The notes beneath the pieces are model-generated. The model was given only the letters and a program-made list of their open reading frames with translations. It was not told the origin of the DNA and made no database searches. Shown here one piece after another: positions 58,501 to 64,000 of a stretch of 64,000 nt of DNA. Origin of the DNA: Chloroflexota bacterium (GTDB lineage: Bacteria; Chloroflexota; UBA11872; VXOZ01). The stretch is taken from NCBI GenBank assembly GCA_963663275.1, contig OY760183.1, positions 3,136,001-3,200,000 on the forward strand, written 5' to 3'. Numbering within the stretch: the stretch's first letter is position 1; each line of letters begins with the position of its first letter. Made by a program: the position numbers and the translations under genes.

Positions 58501-61500
58501 CGCCCGGCCAGCCGGCGACGGTGGCCGCCACCGCGTCGGCCAGGATCCGGTTGGAGGCCCGTGACGCCGGCGCGGCAAAGTAGTAGTCCTGCGCGCCGGG
58601 CCCTTCCCGGGGGAAGAGGATTGACAGAGGATCCACCTCGCCCCGCAGCACCTCGGCCAGCGCGCCGCCGCTGCGCCTCAGCAGTCCCAATTCGACGGCG
58701 CCGTGGGGATGCACCTCCGCTATGCGGTCGGCAAACGCTTCCGCATCGCCCAGGACTTCGTCCGGCAGCGGCTCAGCGGCGCTCAATTCCACGCGGTAGC
58801 CGCCGTTCGCGGTGTGGCTCAATTCCCCGGCGTCGGCCAACAAGCGCAGCATGCGTTCCAACAATTTCCCATGTTCCGGCAAAACGTCCAGCCGCTCCCG
58901 CAACGCTTCCGGATCGATGGCCGTCCCCGCCTCGCGCTGCCATCCCAGCCGGTGCAGGGCCGCCAAGGCGTACGAGCGAGCCAACCGCTCCAGGTCGCGC
59001 AACAGCGCCGCCCGCTCGCCGGTATTGACGCCTTCCTGAGAGAGATAGTCGGCATACGTGCCCGCGTCCGCCGCAACCGCGGACGGCCCGTTCAGCGCGG
59101 CGGCGGAGCGCAAACCGCCCGCCAGGGGACGTTCGCGCCACACGTGCTCGTACAGAAGTTCCCCCACGCCTTCCGCTGACGTCAGCAAAGACGCCCGCGT
59201 GGCGCGCTTCAGGGCAAAGCCGGTCAATTCGCCCACCGGCGCGCCGTCCGGCGTGTAGAGCCACACGTCTCCCGTAAGGGTTTCCGGCGTCAGGGCGGCC
59301 GCTTCCCCCTCTTCCTGCCCCTGCGCGCTCTCCCGCACGCGCGCGCGGCAGACAATCCGCTCAGGCAGCGGCCCGCTCAGCCGCAGCCGCTCCCAACCGA
59401 ACGGCAGGTAGGTGGCGTCGCCACCGATGCCCGCCAGGTTGCGGGCGGCCGACATGACCTGAAAGCAGCCGTCCAGCAGCAGCGGATGGAGACTCGAACC
59501 GTCGGCCTCTTCGCCGTCTTGCAGCGCGACTTCCCCCACCGCCTCGCCTTCGTCACCCCACAACGCTTCCAGGGTGCGGAAGGACGGCCCAAAGTCAATG
59601 CCGCTCGCGGTCTTGTCCCGGTAGTAGCCGTTCAGGTCCACCGCATCGAGACGCGCCCGCAGGGCCGCAAGATCCATCCTCTCGCCGTTGGACGGCCCGC
59701 CCAAGCCGTCGGAGAGCCGGCCCTCGGCGTGGAGCGTCCACTCCTCGCCGTCATCGCCTTTGCTGAAAATCTCGAAAGCGCGGGCGGCCCCGTTCTCGGG
59801 CGCGTCGACGACCAGTTGCAGCCGGCGACCCGGCTCCGGGTTTTCGTCCGGCTCCCCGTGCTCGGCGCTTTGTTCCGGGTACACCAACGGGCTGTGCAGT
59901 TGCAGTTCCTCCACCACGGCGGCGTCCGCCCCCTCGGCCAGGAGCGCGGTCGCGGCCATCGCGCCGTACACCGCCCCGGGCATCACCACCCGGCCGAACA
60001 CCTGGTGATGGTCGAGCCAGGGCGGATCCGAGGGGAACATCTCCGTCTCGTACGCGACCTCGCCACGCGGCGATTCGCGCTTTGCGCCCAGCAGCGGATG
60101 CGCCTCTTCCTCGAAATCGCCGTTCCCTGAGGCGCGCCGCCGGCCGGCCGCTACCCAGTAGCGCCGCCGCTGGAAAGGATAGCCGGGCACGGAGACGCGC
60201 TGCCGTTCTTCACCGGCGTAGAGGCCACTCCAGTCCACCGGCAGACCGGCCTGGTATGCATCGCCGACGGCGCGCATGAAAGCGTCCGCCCGTTCCGGTT
60301 CTGAGCCGTCGTAGGCCGGGCGCAGCAAGCTCTGCAAGACCGCCGGAGACGCGGCGGCGCCCGCGTTCTCAGGCCAGTTCATGGAAACCAAAGGGCCCAG
60401 TATCGCGTGGGGGCCAAGCTCGATGACGGCGTCCACGCCGAGGCGGGCCAGACTCTCGATACAGTCCCGAAAGGCCACCCGCTGCCGGGCGTGGCGCCGC
60501 CAGTACGCGCCGTCCATCCTGACTTCCACTTCCCGGCCGGTGACGTTGCTGATGAGCGGCACGGCGGGGTCTGAGACCGGCATATCCGCCAGTGCCGCCA
60601 CCATGTCGTCCAGCCCGGGCTCGACCATGGCGCTGTGGTAGGCGGGGCTGGGCCTGAGCCGCCGCACGGACACGCCCGCCGCTTCCATCTCGTCCGCCAG
60701 ACCATGCACTGCCGCGCGCGGCCCGCTGACCACCTGGTGCGTGCCGTTGTCCACGCCGATGCAAAGCTCCGCGCCGGGCTGGTTCTCGTTCCACTGAGCA
60801 ATCGCCGCCGCCACCCGGGGCGCCGGGGCAAAGATGGCCGCCATAGCCCCGTCCATGGGCAGGTCTCCCAGAATGCTCCCCCGGGCCGCGGCAAAGCGCA
60901 GGCCGTCTTCCAAAGACAGCACTCCGGCCGCCTGGGCCGCCGCGATTTCGCCCAAACTGTGGCCCACCACCACGTCGGGACGAATGCCCACGCTCTCCCA
61001 GAGCGCGGTGAGAGCGCACTCCAGAGCGTAGATGGCCGGCTGGGTCCAGCGCGGCTCATCCAAGTCCCCGGCAGCGCCGGACCGGCCGAACATCACGTCC
61101 AGCAGAGATTCTCCACGCTCTTCTCGCAGGAGCCGGTCGCAGCGGTCGAGAACGGCGCGGAAGACCGGTTCCGTCCGGTAGAGCAGCACGCCCATGCCCA
61201 CCCACTGGTTCCCCTGCCCGGTGTAGGCGAAGGCTACCTTGGACGCGGCTGTGGCGGGCGCGTCATCGGCTGTATCCGCGATCCGCCGCAACTCGTCCCG
61301 CAGCCCGCCGGCGTCCCGGAAAACCGCCGCGCCGCGCCGCTGGAAGTGGCGGCGCGCGACGCTGGCGCTCCAGGCCGCGTCGGCCAGAGCGTCGTTCGCG
61401 GCGAGATTGGCATCGCCTTCCGCGCCCTCCGCCGCGTCCGCGCCGTTCCGGTCGTCCAGCCAGTAGAGGTACGCATCGGCCGCGTCCCGCAGCGCGCCGC

Positions 61501-63091
61501 CGTTCCTGCCGGAGAGCGGCAGCACGCGCGCCGGACGAGATTCTGCCGCTGTAGGCGGCCCGTCTGCCATTGGCAGGGAAAGCCGCGCGGGAACGGCGCG
61601 CGGCGGCCCAGCCGGGGGCGTCAAGGCGGCGCCGTTCTCCGAAATGGTCGCGGCAACCTCAGGGCAACCCTCCACGATGACGTGCACGTTGGTTCCCGAC
61701 CAACCGTATGAACTGACGCCGGCCCGCGGCGGCCGGTCGGCGTTTACCGGCCACGCCGTCCGTTCTGACGTAATCTTCACCGGCAGACGCTCCCAATCCA
61801 GGCGCGGATTGGGGTCGTTGAAATGCAGGTGCCGGGGAATCGACCTGTGATGCATTGACAAGATCGCCTTCATAAACCCGGCCACCCCGGCCGCCGACTC
61901 CATGTGACCGACGTTGGTCTTGACAGAGCCGACCAGCAGCGGGCGGTCGGGCGTTCTGCCCTTGCCGTAGATTGCGGCGGCGGCGTTCAGCTCGATGGGG
62001 TCGCCCACTTCCGTGCCCGTGCCGTGGGCCTCTACGTAGTCAACCTCGTGGGGCGCGACGCGGGCCTGCCGGAGGGCATCCACGATGACGCGCTCCTGCG
62101 CGGGGCCGCTGGGGACGGTGAAGCCGGCGCTTGTGCCGTCCTGGTTGACGGCCGAGCCGAGCATGATACCCCAAATGCGGTCGCCGTCGGCCCGGGCGTC
62201 GCGGAGCCGCTTGAGCACGACCATGCCGCAGCCCTCGCCGCGCACGAAACCGTTGGCGGAGGCGTCGAAGGCTTTGCACTGGCCGTCCGGCGATAACATG
62301 CCGGCCTGGGCGCGCAACTGCGTGAGCCGTCCAAGAAAGATGGCCTGCACGCCGCCGACGACGATCATGTCGGCCTCGTCCTGCCGCAGGCTGGCTGCGG
62401 CCTGGTGCAAGGCGAGCAGCGAGGATGAACAGGCCGTGTCCACGGCCATGGCCGGCCCCTCTAACCCCAAGGCGAAGGCGACCCGGCCGGCGGCGGTGTT
62501 GAGCGACGTGCCGGCGACGGCATAGAGACTGGCGGCGGGCTCGGTCTGCTGGGCGGCGGCCATGCTGATGCCCCGGTAGTCCATGTTGCTGATGCCAAGG
62601 AAAACGCCGGTGCGGCTGCCCTTGAGTTGGGCGGGATCCACCAGCGCGTCCTCGAGCGCCTGCCAGCAGGTCTCCAGCACCATGCGCTGCTGGGGATCCA
62701 GCAGTTGCGCCTCCACCGGGGAAATGCGGAAGAACTCGGCGTCGAAGAGGTCGATGTCGTCCACCAGGGCGGCATAGCGGCAGGCCGGAATCTCATTGGC
62801 GGCCTTGGGATAGAACTGGCCGATGCGCCCCACGCCGGAACCAGGCACGCCCTCGGTGACGGCGTTGCGGCCCTCCGCCAGCAGCCGCCAGAATGACGCC
62901 AGATCCGGCGCGCCGGGAAACTTGCACGCCATGCCGATCACGGCGATCGGCTCCACGTCTCCGGCCAAGCCCGCGCCCGCGGCGGAGCCGACTTCCGCAG
63001 CCCCCCGCTCACCGTCAGGCGTGGCGCGCAACCGATCCCGCTCCAATTGCTTCAGCGTGTCGCGCTCCCGCGCGGTCGGTTCGTCGCTCAC
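52571..63091 (-). CDS. Type I PKS, KS-AT-DH-cMT-ER-KR-ACP-KS-AT0 (Sup-like highly reducing PKS/FAS)
   Basis: KS DTACSS/HGTGT/GHME; AT GHSLG; DH HQVFGRVVMP; MT EVGAGTG; ER HTASGGVG; KR TGGMGGIG; ACP GMDSL; KS2 ACAS/HATG/GHTE; AT2 GHGAG. GTG at 63091 has a GAGGAG RBS. Confidence 0.9.
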   Translation of the reverse strand: MSDEPTARERDTLKQLERDRLRATPDGERGAAEVGSAAGAGLAGDVEPIAVIGMACKFPGAPDLASFWRLLAEGRNAVTEGVPGSGVGRIGQFYPKAANEIPACRYAALVDDIDLFDAEFFRISPVEAQLLDPQQRMVLETCWQALEDALVDPAQLKGSRTGVFLGISNMDYRGISMAAAQQTEPAASLYAVAGTSLNTAAGRVAFALGLEGPAMAVDTACSSSLLALHQAAASLRQDEADMIVVGGVQAIFLGRLTQLRAQAGMLSPDGQCKAFDASANGFVRGEGCGMVVLKRLRDARADGDRIWGIMLGSAVNQDGTSAGFTVPSGPAQERVIVDALRQARVAPHEVDYVEAHGTGTEVGDPIELNAAAAIYGKGRTPDRPLLVGSVKTNVGHMESAAGVAGFMKAILSMHHRSIPRHLHFNDPNPRLDWERLPVKITSERTAWPVNADRPPRAGVSSYGWSGTNVHVIVEGCPEVAATISENGAALTPPAGPPRAVPARLSLPMADGPPTAAESRPARVLPLSGRNGGALRDAADAYLYWLDDRNGADAAEGAEGDANLAANDALADAAWSASVARRHFQRRGAAVFRDAGGLRDELRRIADTADDAPATAASKVAFAYTGQGNQWVGMGVLLYRTEPVFRAVLDRCDRLLREERGESLLDVMFGRSGAAGDLDEPRWTQPAIYALECALTALWESVGIRPDVVVGHSLGEIAAAQAAGVLSLEDGLRFAAARGSILGDLPMDGAMAAIFAPAPRVAAAIAQWNENQPGAELCIGVDNGTHQVVSGPRAAVHGLADEMEAAGVSVRRLRPSPAYHSAMVEPGLDDMVAALADMPVSDPAVPLISNVTGREVEVRMDGAYWRRHARQRVAFRDCIESLARLGVDAVIELGPHAILGPLVSMNWPENAGAAASPAVLQSLLRPAYDGSEPERADAFMRAVGDAYQAGLPVDWSGLYAGEERQRVSVPGYPFQRRRYWVAAGRRRASGNGDFEEEAHPLLGAKRESPRGEVAYETEMFPSDPPWLDHHQVFGRVVMPGAVYGAMAATALLAEGADAAVVEELQLHSPLVYPEQSAEHGEPDENPEPGRRLQLVVDAPENGAARAFEIFSKGDDGEEWTLHAEGRLSDGLGGPSNGERMDLAALRARLDAVDLNGYYRDKTASGIDFGPSFRTLEALWGDEGEAVGEVALQDGEEADGSSLHPLLLDGCFQVMSAARNLAGIGGDATYLPFGWERLRLSGPLPERIVCRARVRESAQGQEEGEAAALTPETLTGDVWLYTPDGAPVGELTGFALKRATRASLLTSAEGVGELLYEHVWRERPLAGGLRSAAALNGPSAVAADAGTYADYLSQEGVNTGERAALLRDLERLARSYALAALHRLGWQREAGTAIDPEALRERLDVLPEHGKLLERMLRLLADAGELSHTANGGYRVELSAAEPLPDEVLGDAEAFADRIAEVHPHGAVELGLLRRSGGALAEVLRGEVDPLSILFPREGPGAQDYYFAAPASRASNRILADAVAATVAGWPGDRPLRIVEVGAGTGAGTTSVLPELPAGGYDYVFTDISAGFFAEAERRFSEVDAPIEYRPLNIERDPAEQGFDRHAYDLVIAVNVLHATRSLEETLTNCQRLLAPSGKLIAMENLRGRGWQDMTFGQLDGWWRYADDYRPHHALASPEVWRRALADVGFEDTAVLGGESPGADGPLGSGVILGQGPAEIVQDRGAWVVASDHAVAAEMLAARLAAQNQTVAVAGTAHSGGMSASDGPGVFPVQVDAEDRESWRRLLENLPGDAPLQGVVHCAALEGHGTEATTAQLAADASRTGASALALAQALQDTGLRPEKGLWILTRGAQALERDYMLESVDQLAGAALWGFGKALAREVGYLQPRMIDLEPDAPPDAGALVDEIMFPDAETHVAYRSGKRLAARLVKRGEGRSRVELPQEPDWRLAPTAGEGLEGLRAEPAAPQPLGSGDVRVAVEAAGLNFADVLISLGAVENVPVLGAEFCGRVTEVAPDVTEFRVGERVVGLGIGTFRPEVVTRAEMVARVDTAAPAAALATIPEAFVSAELSFQFTGLNAGERVLIHTASGGVGLAAIQLVRAAGAEVFATASKAKHAYLRSQGVTHVFDSRSTDFADEILQATGGAGVDVVLNTLTGPGYIEAGLACLAEGGRFVELGRRDIWTPEEMAAARPDVAYAVLALDVLKREDPATPGASLRRVMARVNDGESLAPLPFTRWPMAEVAAAMDFMRSTRHVGKIVIVMPPLAHGRLRADRAYLVTGGMGGIGTQVAGWLAERGAGVIVLNGRRPPDPPAAAAIDALRRQGADVRVELADAADPAALDAMLERLRASAPPLAGIVHSVGVLSDGSLGNQTWERYEQVLWPKVLGAWHLHQATRRQDLDLFVLFSSVTGVLGNAGQGNHAAANAFLDQLAGYRRSLGLPGQAIAWGAWSGLGEAEEQRARIERQLAASGTDWISPQQGLEAFDELVRQDQTSGMAAAVDWPMFIENFEEKPPYLEELVTEDAAADGDADTPQEDLPTRLRQAPAGEWEPLLVSLLQAETQAVLRLPTPPATTIGFFDLGMDSLMAVELRNRLNRALADEYVVSNTAVFDYPNVEALAVHLAAELSEVLSADAPAAVAEASAEPAAPQPQRERGAEDDAIAIVGMACRFPGAPDLASFWELLANGTDAISDGRQGGSDWSGTVGDPEAPDVATRRGAFVADIDLFDSRFFRIAPIEARMMDPQQRMLLETTWQALEDAGIDPESLRGSRAGVYAGVSSSEYREVAAARNAAHNYLGTTGSVAVGRVAFALGLAGPAMPLDMACASALAAVHQGVVGLQRGEVDLALAGGVNVVLSPGLSRFMMEFELLSPTGQCRPFDAAANGYVRGEGCGIVALKRLSQAEADGDRIYAVIRGSAVNQSGASAGLTVPNGPSQERVMAEALAQAGVLPSQVDYLEAHATGSPMGDPIELHAAASVYGQDRDTERPLLVGTVKSNIGHTEWAAGSAALIKTVLAMNQGVIPKHLHFENPNPNVDWEELPLRVTADETAWPDTSGRQPLAGVNAFGISGANAHVLVEGYGSPANAPTAANGAVLPAGSPQAVPVPLAEQDDGAPALEAAEGVERAARLLPLSGKSAGALRDLAERYLAWLDQLSANGGEDRPALNEALADAAWTAGVGRSHFSHRAGLVFGDAAQLRQRLRALAAADEVLDEDDPPAATKVAFLYAGPGDEWAGMAAALYRGEPVARDALDRCDAVLREARDVSLLNVFLGEPGDERDADDPALAGMAAYALGCALTAQWASVGIRPNAVVGHGAGALAAAQAAGVFTLEDGARLAMAASETATASETATGSEAADSVNSLAAPAVPLVSSATGRVVAPEDALDGGYWLRQDWQRANDGGAGDFSGCAETLARLGVDAVLEIGSDAMLGRRIGGAWPQAAPAPTVLAAPAQTADGGEAPPAHEAFTQAVAAAYAAGLNVSFGGLFAGETRRRVALPTYPFQRRRHWV

Positions 63092-63488
63092 GGCAGTCTC
63101 CTCTGTCGAATTCTGATATGCATGCGGCTGGGAGTGGTCTTCTTCAGATTGCGCGCGCCCTTTGCGCGCGCCCTCGGCCCGCTTCACGCGCGGCCTGGAA
63201 TGAAGGTGCCGGCCCGGCGCTACCCCGTGTGTCATCTGGGCCGGGCGGCGCTCTTGGATCGGGTGCTCCGGCCCGTCTGCCACGCCGCCCCGCTCGCTGG
63301 GACAGATTGCTCCCTGGAACGAGAGACCCCGCTGCTCGGCACGGCGCCGGCGCTCTTCCACGCCCCGATCGAAGCGGACGGCTATATGTCAATTATCACG
63401 CGGCGCATGACTTTTGGCAACAGATCTCCCTTGGTCTTGAACGGGGTGTGGTTGTAGGGTTGAATCAGGGTTCGACGCCGTAGGGGGC

Positions 63489-63722
63489 TTGGGAGAGATC
63501 TCGGTGGTCGACGGCGTCCTGTACGCCAACTCCCTGGACGGGTACCTGCATACGCTGGATGCCAGAACAGGAAAACCCATCCGGAGCGTCACGATCGGCT
63601 ACCACCTCGGCGGACCGGAAGAGCCCTACGTTGTCTCGGGAGGGGTGGTATACGTGGGTTATATGACAAATGAGGGGTCCAGCGGGGTGTATGCCTTCAA
63701 GGCCCCCAGCGGCGGGGAGTGA
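63489..63722 (+). pseudogene. C-terminal fragment of a PQQ-like beta-propeller protein
   Basis: VVDGVLYANSLDGYLHTLDARTGK and VSGGVVYVG repeats; only about 2 blades, no convincing start. Confidence 0.5.
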
Positions 63723-64000
63723 TCCAGCGTATCCAACGGTGAGAGCAGGACGAGGGAAGACATCCATTCATCCTGCCAGCCCTCTGGACGCTGGAATCTC
63801 TTCTGCGCGCCCGCTCCTGCAGCGGCGTCAGCACAGTTGAAGCCCCCGTACTAAGTACGCGGCGAGGGCCAGTGGCGGCTGGCGCTGGCCGATGGGAACG
63901 ACATATTCATCGTCATTCCTTTCCTGCCGCGCCACCTGGGCGCTCCCGTCGCCGCCCTCAAGACTCTCGACGGCCAGGAAATCGGCAATGAGATAGCGGC

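Noticed and set aside
54599-58564. 1321-aa plus-strand ORF and other long antisense ORFs (334-1458, 46488-48089, 49456-50664)
   Set aside because: Shadow frames of GC-rich genes on the opposite strand, with no recognisable motifs.
63092-63361. 90-aa N-terminal extension of the PKS in the ORF track
   Set aside because: Low-complexity Arg/Gly-rich text; a GAGGAG RBS supports GTG at 63091.
63850-64000. Coding-like frames at the window end
   Set aside because: Truncated by the window edge, with no identifiable start or family.

Overview
GC-rich bacterial DNA. The gene content (a Sup-like type I PKS, abundant RM/TA genes, dense REP-like palindromes) suggests, but does not prove, an uncultured Chloroflexota-like marine or sponge symbiont. 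Four blocks: (1) 1.5-14.7 kb, an N-methylglutamate methylamine-utilisation cluster (mgsABC, soxDAGB-type NMG dehydrogenase, gmaS/glnT), interrupted by an ABC-ATPase+TOPRIM-like pair and followed by an atypical M14 peptidase. (2) 15.6-44.4 kb, a defence island: TA modules, ATPase+DUF3226, Zn-ribbon/HEPN, TIR, a frameshifted type IIG RM, a type I RM with M-S fusion, SIR2, an exonuclease-RecQ-UvrD fusion, PLD-AAA, MTase-REase and a GHKL-nuclease. (3) 44.6-52.5 kb: two degenerate tRNA-Val copies, phyH, a MATE transporter, katG and a nested MITE/REP/IS30 element. (4) 52.6-63.1 kb, a KS-AT-DH-cMT-ER-KR-ACP-KS-AT0 PKS. The most unusual signal is a pattern seen three times: a gene, then cargo, then a diverged copy of that gene's 3' end. 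It suggests homology-anchored cassette capture without an integrase. Family calls come from motif recognition only; no database searches were run.
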